From the IMG/VR virus record IMGVR_UViG_3300037249_000709, positions 32,001 to 96,000 of that record: DNA of 64,000 nucleotides, one strand, 5' to 3'. Each line of letters starts with the position of its first letter. The stretch's first letter is position 1. A program made the position numbers and the translations under genes. This document shows positions 38,690 to 48,993 of the stretch, one piece after another. The stretch comes from a virus (lineage: Duplodnaviria > Caudoviricetes). The notes below the pieces were generated by a model. The model was not told the origin of the DNA. It did no database searches and was given only the letters and a program-made list of their open reading frames with translations.

Positions 38690-40430
38690 GTTTTCCGTAA
38701 TTTTGAAAAATGGTAGATTTGCTTTCCATCTTTCCGAATATTCTCGTTTTTCAAAATTCAAATTTTTTGTTGGTGTACAGATTTTCCGAATTTTTAAAAA
38801 TCATTTATCAAATTGTTCTTGTTTTTCAAAATGCAGATTTTCCGGTATGCAATACCAATTTTTCTATATTTTGAAAAATCTTCTTTTATGTTCTGATTCT
38901 CCGAAGAATAACCATTTTTCAAAATTCCGTTTTTCTGTTTGTGTTGTGCGGATTTTCCCAATTTTGAAAAACGCTTTTTTCTGTTCTGACTTTCCAAAGA
39001 ATGAATATTTTTCAAAATCGAATTTTCTTGTTGATGTTCTCCAATTATTTTGAATTTTGAAAAATCCTTTATTTCCGAATAGCTCCGGCAATTTTCCGAA
39101 GTTTTGAAAAATAGATTATTTCCGCACAAAAATTTTGATTTTGAAAAATTCTGAATTATTATAAATCTTCTGCAAATTTTCTTAATTTTGAAAAATAAAC
39201 ATTTCTGTTGTTGGTTTTCCAAAAATCCGAAGTTTTGAAAAATCCTTTTTAATAATCCATCATAAATAATTATTGTTTTTCAAAATTCCGTTTTTCTGTT
39301 GTGCCTCTCCCGTTTCCCGTAGTTTTTCAAAATTAGATTTTTCTGTTTGTTCTGTCCAATTTTTCTTGATTTTGAAAAATTCTATTTTGTTGGTCTGATT
39401 CTCCGACAAAATTCTATTTTTCAAAATTGCTTTTTTCTGTCCGGCAATTCCAATTTTTTAAAATTTTGAAAAATCCAAATTATCCGTGAACGATTCCAAA
39501 AAATCAGCATTTTGAAAAATTCTAAAACAAAACAAAAAAATCCTCGTTTTATTTTCTTGTCCAAAATTTCGAGATTTTGAAAAATTGAAATATCCTGAAT
39601 AGCTCCGCCAAAAATCCGAAGTTTTAAAAAATGATAAATTAATTTCTGATTTACCAAAAAAACAAATTTTCAAAAATGGTTTATATTTGCTCTTTTGCTC
39701 CAATTATTCAAGATTTTGAAAAATGATTTATATTTGTGATGTACTGCCAATTTTTCGGAATTTTGAAAAATTATTAATTATCGAAGAATTTAATTTGTTA
39801 TCAAATTGTAACCAAATTGTAATTATTATTTTCAATAATTCTGAATTTTGAAAAATGAAAAATTATCAACCAAATATAAAATTGTAATCAAATTGTAACT
39901 TTTATATTTAATAAATTTGAATTTTGAAAAATAAGATTTTGCCGGTGAATATATACAAAAAATAATGATTTTGAAAAATTGGGCGCTCTTTATTCTTGAT
40001 TTTTCAAAATTAGAGTTTTTTGTATTTAGTGTGCAATTTTGCATATTTTTCAAAATTGAATATTTTTGTAGATGATTTTTCAATATCGGATTTTTTTCGG
40101 AGTGAATAGCAAATAATCAGAATTTTGAAAAATGATATTTTGATTTTTTCGCTGTTTTTCAAAATTGCTCTTTTTTTGTTTTCGTAAGCAAAAAATATTG
40201 ATTTTGAAAAATGTTTTGTTTGCGGTCGTTGTTTTTCAAAATTGGGATTTTTTGAGCGGTCAATGCTGATTTTGCCGGTTTTTCAAAATTGAGGAAATTT
40301 GTAAACCAATACAAAAAAATTGAATTTTGAAAAATGTAAATTATTGGGCGGTCAAATACAAAAAAGTCGAATATTGAAAAATGGATTGATGCAGCATTCA
40401 AAGAAATTTGATTTTTCAAAATTGGATTTT
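38690..40430. repeat. periodic array of TTTTGAAAAA/TTTTTCAAAA boxes (46-47 bp period)
   Basis: boxes at 38822, 38869, 38915, 38962, 39008, 39055, 39102 and onward; roughly 35-40 copies by eye. Confidence 0.9.
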
Positions 40431-40442
40431 TTGGTAGACAAA

Positions 40443-40468
40443 AAGTAAAGCCGGGATTACTCCCGGCG
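40443..40468 (-). terminator. intrinsic terminator of amidoligase gene
   Basis: GCCGGGA-GTAA-TCCCGGC-TTTACTTTT. Confidence 0.7.
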
Positions 40469-40477
40469 TGTTGGTGT

Positions 40478-41320
40478 TTAGATTTCGATTTCGGCGATTG
40501 CCTTTTCGTACAATTTAACAATTTTGTTTGCGGTAACGTCTGCCTTGTGTTTGCGGTACTCTTTGATTGTTGGATACCGTCTTGTGTCAAACTCGGAGTC
40601 GTTGAAATGCTTGATAAAGTTTTCAATGATGCAGTTGCCAACAGCTTTTATAAACCTTGCGACACGCATCATTTGTGTTGCGTTCTGGTACTTTACGAGT
40701 CTAAATTCAATCGTGTTGGAGTGTTGCAGGTTGATGAAATTCTCGTGTGTCGTTGCGTTCGTGTAGCTATATATTGGAGCTGCCCAATGATTGAAGTCGC
40801 GTCCCCAAAATGCAGCGGTCTTGTCGCTATGTTCTCTGATTGACTCGCAAAGAGGAATAAATAAAGAGTGATAAAAGCGGCGGATATAATCCATAGTTTC
40901 ACGGTTGATGTATTCTCTGTTGCCATAGTGTGTGTGCGTGCCGCAGTCGTCATTGATTTCTAAATGTCCTTCCGCGATGAGCTTATCAAAAGTTGTGAAT
41001 GTTTTGCTGATACTATTCAAACCGTTGTAAATGGGCGACTTGTACTCAACATTCACGGTACAATCGAAAGTCGGGAGAAATTTTGCGGCGATTAATTCAC
41101 CTCTTGCGATTTCGTCAGAATAACTTGTTTCTAATTCCCATCCGAATGTGTCTTTACTAACTTTTGTTTTGCCGTGTCTCTTGTTGTTATCTGCTGAATA
41201 GCTTGCTTTTTCGTATGCGTGAAATTCGCACATATAGGCGTTACGCCCGCCGCGTCTTGCTAATGGTGTTTTGATTGTTGCCGGTGCAGTGCAGCCGGGG
41301 AAAGTACATTTACACATCAT
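40478..41320 (-). CDS. putative amidoligase (COOH-NH2 ligase, Amidoligase_2-like)
   Basis: FGWELE, EYKSP, CGTHTH, INL, TIEFRL. Confidence 0.85.
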   Translation of the reverse strand: MMCKCTFPGCTAPATIKTPLARRGGRNAYMCEFHAYEKASYSADNNKRHGKTKVSKDTFGWELETSYSDEIARGELIAAKFLPTFDCTVNVEYKSPIYNGLNSISKTFTTFDKLIAEGHLEINDDCGTHTHYGNREYINRETMDYIRRFYHSLFIPLCESIREHSDKTAAFWGRDFNHWAAPIYSYTNATTHENFINLQHSNTIEFRLVKYQNATQMMRVARFIKAVGNCIIENFIKHFNDSEFDTRRYPTIKEYRKHKADVTANKIVKLYEKAIAEIEI

Positions 41321-42397
41321 AAAAATGCCTCCTTAAATTCACGCCGTCGGCGTGTGTTTGTTTTGTTGACATCTTTATTTTATCATACTGTTAACAGTGC
41401 GTCAATATGAATTTTTAAAAATTTCGATTTTTTGGTGATATTCGTAACTTTTGCACAAATTATTATTTCTGATTTGTTGGGTTTTTATGTATATTTTCGT
41501 GATTTTAATTCTTTTTTAGAAATAAAAATCGGATAGAGCTGCACCAACTTTTGAAAATCGCCTATTGTATTATTATATTCTTATATAGGCAAATTTTGAA
41601 AATTTTTGCAAGCATTTATTTTCTTTTTGAGAATAAAGGGAATTGTTACATTTTGTAATTGTTGTTACATTTTTGAAGTGTGAATTTGAAAATGATTCTC
41701 ATTTTCATTTTTGAAAATTTCGGCAATAATAAGCATACCGAAATATTTTCTCGAAATTCTATATTATAAAAAAATTCAATTTTGAAAAATCATCATTTTT
41801 TAAAAATAAAATGTTCGTTTTATTGCAATGCTATACAAAACTAAATAATCAAAAATAGGCGGCTTCAAGTCCGAAAAATGCACAATTACGGACTTGTACC
41901 CCTCAATTATTGGTACTTTAAATCACTAAAGCATTGACGGGGGTACTTTTACACTTTAACTCATTAAAGCGATGCGACTCATACCCCTGTGTGCTTCCCC
42001 TCACTCTTTGCTCAAAATTTCCCGAAAATTAAAAAAAGTTCAAAATTCTCAAATTCCCCTCAATAATTGAGGCATTACCGAAATTTATCTCGAAAATAAA
42101 AAAATCCTCAATTTATGAGAGTTTTCGTAAATTTCCCGAAATTCTTTTTGATTTTATAAGTCCTCAATTATTGGTAACTTTTTCGGTATTTTTTAAAATT
42201 ATAAAAATTCGTTAATCAATGCCGGACTTAGATATAAAAAAGTTCTCAATTTAAGGGAACTTTAATTTATTAGCAATAACTATCAAATATATGTTTTAAC
42301 TAATATAACCCGAATTTTAATAGATTTTCGCGACTTAATATTAGCGAAATTTTATAGGATTTTTCTTTAAAAAAGACGATTTTTTAATAAACGAACT

Positions 42398-42543
42398 CAT
42401 ACTAATACATTATTACTATTATAATACTTATAAGAATCTTAATAGTATTAGTATGTTCTTTTAAGAATCTTATATTTATTATTATAGTAATTATAATAAT
42501 ACTATTACTATAATATATATAAGGAAGTGCAATTTCTTAACAT
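42398..42543. repeat. AT-rich palindromic dispersed repeat, copy 3 of 4
   Basis: identical 58-bp core to copy 1. Confidence 0.85.
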
Positions 42544-42743
42544 TTTCATTGTGGGAGCTGCTACTTATATGCCGCAAAGTATTATTTATATTTCCCTATT
42601 GCTTTAAAATTGCCTACAAGCCTTTCTAAGCCACGATATATTTATGGGGTATAGTTTCACATCTTAATTGCATTTCGTTGAATACAGGGCATTCTGGGGC
42701 ATTTTAGAGCTATTTTTAGAAATCATCTTAGGTTTCACATTAT

Positions 42744-42860
42744 AATACTAATACATTATTACTATTATTATCTTTATTAGAATCACAATAGTATTAGTAT
42801 TTAGATAGTGAGAATCCTATTACTATAATATATGATTAAGGAAATGCAGTTTCTTAACAT
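42744..42860. repeat. AT-rich palindromic dispersed repeat, copy 4 of 4 (diverged)
   Basis: ATACTAATAC...GTATTAGTAT plus tail. Confidence 0.75.
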
Positions 42861-42870
42861 TTTTTGAAAA

Positions 42871-42916
42871 CACACCCAAATAACTACTTGACTAATTTTA
42901 ATTTTTATGGTATAAT
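42871..42916 (+). promoter_or_regulatory. class-A promoter of the rightward operon
   Basis: ACCCAAATAACTAC-TTGACT-N17-TATAAT with extended TG. Confidence 0.85.
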
Positions 42917-42945
42917 TATAATAGGATAATATAAGAGGTGGTTTA

Positions 42946-43623
42946 GTGGAATTTGTTAAAGTGCCTCGAAGTTTAATTTATAATATTGGACTTGGCGACA
43001 AGAGGGTTATTGCTTATCTTTCAATCTTGTTCTCTGGGTGGGATGGCAAGAAGGTGTCAGACCTTGCCGCCTATTCCCTATATTCATCTTTTAGAGGAAC
43101 AGGAGGCGTGATAAGTAATTTTAAAATATTGGTTTCTAAATTGCTTTCTTTGGGCGTTCTTGCCAAAACCGAGAAAGGAATTTTTATAGCTCAAACTTGC
43201 GAACAGTTTGGTATAGTGTATCAATCAGAGTTTAATAAAATACTTGCATATAGAAAGGAATGTATGCAACTCGGCAAAAGAATAAACCACGCTCATCTCC
43301 TGCTTCTACTCGCTTATATCCGCCTGCATATGATACATATGCAAGGGCAGCCCTGCTTTTACTCTAATCTACTTGTCCGTATATCAGAAAGCACAGGCTT
43401 ATCCGTTCGTTCAATATCGGCTTGTTTAAATGTATTGGAGCAGTTGGAGATAGTACATAGTGAGGAACTTGCAAGATACCAAACCAAAGATGGTGTGTGG
43501 CATTCAAACGTAAGAATAATAGTAAATATGAAGATTCAAGGAAACATTAAATATGATTGGAAAAGTGAAGCACAAAGAGCAGCATTTTATATTCGTTCTT
43601 TAAGCAGACAAAATGGAGGATAA
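42946..43623 (+). CDS. winged-helix DNA-binding protein (replication-initiator-like)
   Basis: ISESTGLSVRSISACLNVLEQLEIV HTH. Confidence 0.6.
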   Translation: MEFVKVPRSLIYNIGLGDKRVIAYLSILFSGWDGKKVSDLAAYSLYSSFRGTGGVISNFKILVSKLLSLGVLAKTEKGIFIAQTCEQFGIVYQSEFNKILAYRKECMQLGKRINHAHLLLLLAYIRLHMIHMQGQPCFYSNLLVRISESTGLSVRSISACLNVLEQLEIVHSEELARYQTKDGVWHSNVRIIVNMKIQGNIKYDWKSEAQRAAFYIRSLSRQNGG

Positions 43624-43631
43624 ACATAATT

Positions 43632-43952
43632 ATGGATAAATTATATTCGCAAAAACTTGAACAAAGAGTTTTTAAAACACTATCAGATTCAGAGTGGCAA
43701 ACATATTTTCAAATATTAAAAATATTATCGTCGAGTTATATGCAGCATAGTTCATATTACGACAAAAGGTCGGATGATATTCGCAAACACGATTATTGTA
43801 CATTTATTGATAGTGTGCTTTGCTCTTTGAGAGGTGGCAAAACCGATTATTGCTATCACATATATCAAATCGTGGATTTGCTATATTTTGAAAAAGATAG
43901 GTTAAAAACTCGGTGGTTGCCAGAACATAAGTGTTTCGAGGTTTATTTTTAA
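43632..43952 (+). CDS. hypothetical protein
   Basis: ORF with GGAGG RBS. Confidence 0.65.
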   Translation: MDKLYSQKLEQRVFKTLSDSEWQTYFQILKILSSSYMQHSSYYDKRSDDIRKHDYCTFIDSVLCSLRGGKTDYCYHIYQIVDLLYFEKDRLKTRWLPEHKCFEVYF

Positions 43953-43957
43953 CCTGT

Positions 43958-43984
43958 AAGAAACAACGCAAGTAATTATATTAT
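43958..43984 (+). promoter_or_regulatory. class-B motif AAGAAACAAYSCAARTAAYTAYATTAT
   Basis: copies at 1893, 15161, 25316, 31646, 32206, 38296 (-), each just upstream of an RBS. Confidence 0.75.
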
Positions 43985-43999
43985 GTAGAGGATGGTTGA

Positions 44000-46741
44000 A
44001 TGGAGCAAAAAAAATGCTTGCGACTAATTTATAAAATACATAGCAAGCAACTAAAACAATCGAAATGGGAGTTAAACTTGCCTCTTGAAACGGCATTAAG
44101 CGACTGTCCGGAAGTTGTCGTGTCGATAAGCGATAACCAGATGCTAAGATTTATTGACGAGCTAAACGGTGTTGGGGATTTAGACAACCAAATCAAGTCG
44201 CTTCAAAGGAAAATAAAGGTTGAAAAGAAAAAGCCACGCAGCAAAGAAACAAAACTAAATATTAAGAGTTATTATAAAGAGTTATATTGCAAACAGTTTT
44301 TATCAGATTATGTTTGTGTGATTATGGATAGCAACAAAGACTATGACAGAGCTAATTTAGGATTCTCAATCAACGGGAAAAGATATAGGCGTTTTCTTGG
44401 AACTAATGGTGGTATTAAAAATTCAACCATTGTGTATGTTAATGCAGATTTATATGACGAGCTTAAAAGAAGATTGGATAACGGTCGCAATATGAATAAA
44501 TTACTCGTTCCAGCAAAGTTAGAAGCCTATCAAGCATTAGTATGTTCTGGTTCTACCCCTATCCCCCAACCTAACGGAATAATCGTGGTCAAAGATTGTA
44601 TTACTCACTTTCAAGAAGATGTAATACTGATAACAGATGAAGATGAGGGTGAACCTAAACTTACATATCAAAAAGGATATGATATTGAACACAATGATTC
44701 AGATGGATATGGTTTAATGTTGCCACAATATTCAACTCGTGTCAATGAATTTTTAACGGGTAATTCAACTCCATTATCGGGTATGAACACAAGGTATGCG
44801 TGGACTAAGGGTATGGTTTATACTTTTGATTTTGTTGAGTTTGCAGAAAAGATTGCAGGTACTTATGAGATAGAAGATGTCTGGGGTGACAAGCGAGATG
44901 TTCGGGATGCGGAAGTAATTCTGACAGAATCAATGTTGAAGCTGTGGAACTGCTATGATAGTTGGGAAGATTATTATGAGAACTGTCAAAAGAATCATTA
45001 TCAGTTTTCAACGCCAAAAATCACGCCAGAAGAATTAGAAAACAATCGTGATATGAACTATCAGTTCTTGCAAAGTTATGATTTCACTGATGATGATATT
45101 CGAGATATTTGCCAACCAACAATTAATGAAATTGATGATGTTGTTGGTATGGATTACCGAAAGACTTTGGCGTATCTAATGGGTTCAGGTGTGAATGAAG
45201 GAAATGTATGGATAGACAGAGAAGATTATATCAAGGCTTTAATGGTTGAACCTTCTCTAATTAACGATACATTCATTCGCAAAAAAATCTATTCAATGAT
45301 AAAAAAACGAATGGATTGTGCAAAAAAAGGTTCAATTAAAGTTGATGCAAACTTCGCTATGATTTCTGGCGACCCTTACGCATTAGCTCAAAATATGTTC
45401 GGGCTGCCTGTGAGCGGTTTATTAAGCAAGTGGGAAGTTTATCATAAGTATTGGATTGATAAGGGTGCAAATGAAATCGTTTGTTTTCGTGCGCCAATGA
45501 CTTGTCATAATAACATACGCAAAATGCAGCTACACAAGTCCGAACAGGCACAATATTGGTATAGGTATATGAATACTGTATTGATATATAATGCTTGGGA
45601 TTCTGCTTGTGAAGCAATGAATGGTGCAGATAAAGATGGTGACACAAATATGTGTAGTGACAATCCAATTCTTTTGGAGCGTACACAAAACTTGCCAACT
45701 ATAATTTGTATGCAGCGTTCGGCAACAAAGTGTGTGCCAACAGAGGAAGCTATAATAGCCGCTAACAAGCTGGCGTTCAATGACGATATTGGTGTTGTTA
45801 CAAACTATGTTACTTCAATGTTTGATGTACAGGCTAAATTTAAAAGGGGTACACCTGAGTATAATGAATTAGAAAAGAGGATAATGTGCGGGCAACATTT
45901 TCAGCAATTAACGATTGATAGAGCTAAAGGTATAATTGCAAAACCAATGCCTAAATATTGGTATAGTTTACGAGATGTAAAGAACACAGATGAAATTGAT
46001 AAAAATTTTAACGAGCGTATAGTTGCCGCATATAAACCATATTTTATGATTTATGTTTACCCGCACCTTAAACAAACATATAGCCAATATGAGAAAAATA
46101 GCAACAAAAAAGCAATTCGTTCATTCAGAAAGTATAAAATTGGAAGCGTTAAAGAGTTAAAGCAGTATGAGCCGAAAACCCACGAAATGGTAGATTTTTT
46201 ACATTATTACGAATTGAAGAAAAAGGTTAGCAATAATTCTTGCGTAGTTAATCGTATATGTGATGTGTTTGAAACAAAATATCCCAATTATAGCGCCATA
46301 AAAACTATTGGAACATCTTTTGACTACACTATATTGAAATGTGGCGTGGAGTATCTCAAACAGGATTATGATGAATTATCTAAACTGTTACAAGAATATC
46401 GCCACGAATATGATAGTTATAGGGAACAAGCTCGATATAGAAAGAATGAAGATGATAATGACACTTATTCACAAGAAAATTTTATTAACAGGTTCAAAAT
46501 GCGCAGTTTATTAATATGCAGCAACGAGCAAGAATTGTGTGATATTGTTTTAGACCTATGCTACAAGACAGATGGATTAAAACAATTTGCGTGGGATATT
46601 GCGGGCGATACAATAATTCAAAATTTACTTAAACGGAATAATTATACAATCACATATCCCGAATGTGTTGGAAATGAATTTGAATTTGGCGGAAAGACGT
46701 TTACAATGCAAACGATAAAATTGGAAGGTGAGAATGTATGA
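44000..46741 (+). CDS. YonO-like single-subunit RNA polymerase (RdRP-like double-psi fold)
   Basis: 913 aa; DGYG, R..WTKG, FRAP, MNGADKDGD (DxDGD), IGVVTN, IDRAKG; SPbeta-like synteny. Confidence 0.85.
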   Translation: MEQKKCLRLIYKIHSKQLKQSKWELNLPLETALSDCPEVVVSISDNQMLRFIDELNGVGDLDNQIKSLQRKIKVEKKKPRSKETKLNIKSYYKELYCKQFLSDYVCVIMDSNKDYDRANLGFSINGKRYRRFLGTNGGIKNSTIVYVNADLYDELKRRLDNGRNMNKLLVPAKLEAYQALVCSGSTPIPQPNGIIVVKDCITHFQEDVILITDEDEGEPKLTYQKGYDIEHNDSDGYGLMLPQYSTRVNEFLTGNSTPLSGMNTRYAWTKGMVYTFDFVEFAEKIAGTYEIEDVWGDKRDVRDAEVILTESMLKLWNCYDSWEDYYENCQKNHYQFSTPKITPEELENNRDMNYQFLQSYDFTDDDIRDICQPTINEIDDVVGMDYRKTLAYLMGSGVNEGNVWIDREDYIKALMVEPSLINDTFIRKKIYSMIKKRMDCAKKGSIKVDANFAMISGDPYALAQNMFGLPVSGLLSKWEVYHKYWIDKGANEIVCFRAPMTCHNNIRKMQLHKSEQAQYWYRYMNTVLIYNAWDSACEAMNGADKDGDTNMCSDNPILLERTQNLPTIICMQRSATKCVPTEEAIIAANKLAFNDDIGVVTNYVTSMFDVQAKFKRGTPEYNELEKRIMCGQHFQQLTIDRAKGIIAKPMPKYWYSLRDVKNTDEIDKNFNERIVAAYKPYFMIYVYPHLKQTYSQYEKNSNKKAIRSFRKYKIGSVKELKQYEPKTHEMVDFLHYYELKKKVSNNSCVVNRICDVFETKYPNYSAIKTIGTSFDYTILKCGVEYLKQDYDELSKLLQEYRHEYDSYREQARYRKNEDDNDTYSQENFINRFKMRSLLICSNEQELCDIVLDLCYKTDGLKQFAWDIAGDTIIQNLLKRNNYTITYPECVGNEFEFGGKTFTMQTIKLEGENV

Positions 46742-47634
46742 TTATTTTAGATGAACGTAAATATGCAGAAGAATGTTTAGAAAGCGGCGAATTAGATAAA
46801 AAGCCTGCAATTACATTACATATACTTGCGAAATATCTTTACCATATCAAAGGTTTTAGAAAACGGAAAATATACTTATTCTTAATTGAATATATAGAGA
46901 ATAATTATCCGCGTTATAGTAAAAGCAAAAGTTCTTGGAACAAAAGTATTGAAAAAATAGCCACGAAAGCGGGCAAATTTCCTTTATACGAAACCCCAGA
47001 GATTTGGATAACTGAAGACGAGTTAAGAGCTATTGATGAGGTTCAACTAAGTAAAAATCACAAAACCATCGCGTTTACGCTTCTCTGTCTTGCAAAATTA
47101 AGAAATCTAAGAAATCCCAAAAATAACGGGTGGGTTAATAATAGTTCATCGGAGATTTTTAAATTAGCCCATATTGCCACCACATCATCTCGACAAGAAG
47201 AAATATTAGGAGACCTTCTAATACATGGTTTAATTGAGGCGGCGAAAAAGATAGATAATCTTAGCAACCGTGTAACTTTTATCGACAATAATAGTAAAAA
47301 AATACTCCAAGTTGACGATTTTCGAGAACTTGGTTATAAGTATCTTCAATATATTGGAGAAAATATAATATCGTGCCAAAACTGCGGCGTTTTAATTAGG
47401 GGCAATAAACACAACACGCGCAAGTATTGTTCTGGTTGTGTTTGTGGGGAATCCAAAGAATGGAAAACAGTCAGATGTATTGATTGTGGAACATCATTTG
47501 ATGTGCATCCCAAAAATAATAGAACGCATAGATGTGCAGAATGTCAAAAAAAATATCGAGCCAAATATCAAAAAACACTAATGAGAACAAAAAGAGCTGG
47601 AAATGTTAGCACAACAAATCAAAAACCAACTTAA
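46738..47634 (+). CDS. hypothetical protein with C-terminal zinc ribbons, translationally coupled to RNAP
   Basis: four CxxC motifs; ATGA overlap. Confidence 0.7.
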   Translation: MIILDERKYAEECLESGELDKKPAITLHILAKYLYHIKGFRKRKIYLFLIEYIENNYPRYSKSKSSWNKSIEKIATKAGKFPLYETPEIWITEDELRAIDEVQLSKNHKTIAFTLLCLAKLRNLRNPKNNGWVNNSSSEIFKLAHIATTSSRQEEILGDLLIHGLIEAAKKIDNLSNRVTFIDNNSKKILQVDDFRELGYKYLQYIGENIISCQNCGVLIRGNKHNTRKYCSGCVCGESKEWKTVRCIDCGTSFDVHPKNNRTHRCAECQKKYRAKYQKTLMRTKRAGNVSTTNQKPT

Positions 47635-48001
47635 AATTTTGCCCAATAATTGAGTTAAATTTCGGCACTTCAATTTTGTGTTATATGGTATATATAGTAA
47701 ACTCTATATTACTAAATTCTCATTTCTTTATCTTTCTCTTTTCTTTGTGGGGGCTGGTGTGGCAATAGTCACACCAGTTGCAAAGTTAAAGTCGGCTATC
47801 AAAATCTTCCTTCTATTTTGTTTTAATATATTTGGTAAAATAATAGATTTTGAAATTTCCGAACTGATTAGAATTTGAGAATGGTTTAACAAAAAATAGA
47901 TTACAACGCAAAAATAGGACAAAGGATAGCTACCTCTTTTGTTGCTGCAACAACAAATTACTATTTTTGTGTTATAAATAACTTTTGCAGGAGGTATATT
48001 T

Positions 48002-48760
48002 ATGATTGGTATTTATAAATTCACAAACAAAGTTACAGGCGAATCCTATATAGGGCAAAGCACCAATATAAGAAGAAGATACTTGCAACACAAAAATAGA
48101 CATCAAACGCTTAAAGAATCAGGGAAAGCTATTGAAGATACATATTTTCATAGTATGTTAGAACACTATGGTTTTTCAAATTTTGATTTTGAAGTAATTG
48201 AAGAATGTAGTATTGATGAATTAAACGACAAAGAAATATATTATATATTATTATATCAGACACACTATCCCAAAGGCTACAACTTATCGGAGGGCGGGCA
48301 TTTGTCTGGTCATTTTAAATTAGACAAGGAAACTATTGATAAAATATATGAAGATTTAGAAAATTCTGAATTAACAGAACTACAAATTGCAGATAAGTAT
48401 TCTGTTCATCTTAACACTATTTGCCAAATTAACACTGGAAATGCAAGAATAGAAGAAGGCAGAGATTACCCTGTCAGAAAAATCGAAAAGGCTAAATATT
48501 ATTGCAAAAAATGTGGAGATAAATTATATAGCAAAACAAAAACAGGTTTATGTTTAAATTGCTATTGTGAAGAAAAAACATCTTATATTCCAAATAAAGA
48601 GACGTTATATAAACTTTTGTTACATAATTCATTTGTTGCAGTTGGGAAAAAGTACGGCGTTTCAGATGCGGCAGTTAGAAAATGGTGTGTAAAATATAAT
48701 ATTCCGAAGCATAGTTCTTACTATCGAGCATTAAGAATAGACAACACAAAAGTTGCATAG
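48002..48760 (+). CDS. GIY-YIG homing endonuclease
   Basis: GIYKFTN...YIGQS.NIRRR, E, GYN. Confidence 0.9.
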   Translation: MIGIYKFTNKVTGESYIGQSTNIRRRYLQHKNRHQTLKESGKAIEDTYFHSMLEHYGFSNFDFEVIEECSIDELNDKEIYYILLYQTHYPKGYNLSEGGHLSGHFKLDKETIDKIYEDLENSELTELQIADKYSVHLNTICQINTGNARIEEGRDYPVRKIEKAKYYCKKCGDKLYSKTKTGLCLNCYCEEKTSYIPNKETLYKLLLHNSFVAVGKKYGVSDAAVRKWCVKYNIPKHSSYYRALRIDNTKVA

Positions 48761-48795
48761 CAAAATTAAAAACAATTTAAAGGTGGAGAAAAAAA

Positions 48796-48978
48796 TTGAA
48801 AGAAGTAAAGAAGCAGGAAATGAGTGTATTGGTAAATAATGGAGTTATTAAAAATACATCACAAGGATTTATTGATGGTAGAGGTTATCCAGTTGGATTT
48901 TATAGAACAAGGAACAAACGATATTTAGAGGATAGATATGTGGATATGGCTAAAAATCTTTTGCAAGAAAAGGCATAA
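48796..48978 (+). CDS. hypothetical protein
   Basis: GGAG RBS, in operon. Confidence 0.55.
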   Translation: MKEVKKQEMSVLVNNGVIKNTSQGFIDGRGYPVGFYRTRNKRYLEDRYVDMAKNLLQEKA

Positions 48979-48993
48979 AGAAAGGAAAGCCGT

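Noticed and set aside
38690-40430. CRISPR array interpretation
   Set aside because: Repeat is only about 10 bp, flips orientation, spacers are AT-biased and mutually similar, and there are no cas genes.
38495-40641. ORFs of 75-160 aa inside the periodic array
   Set aside because: F/K/N/I-rich translations of low-complexity repeats, overlapping on several frames, with no RBS.
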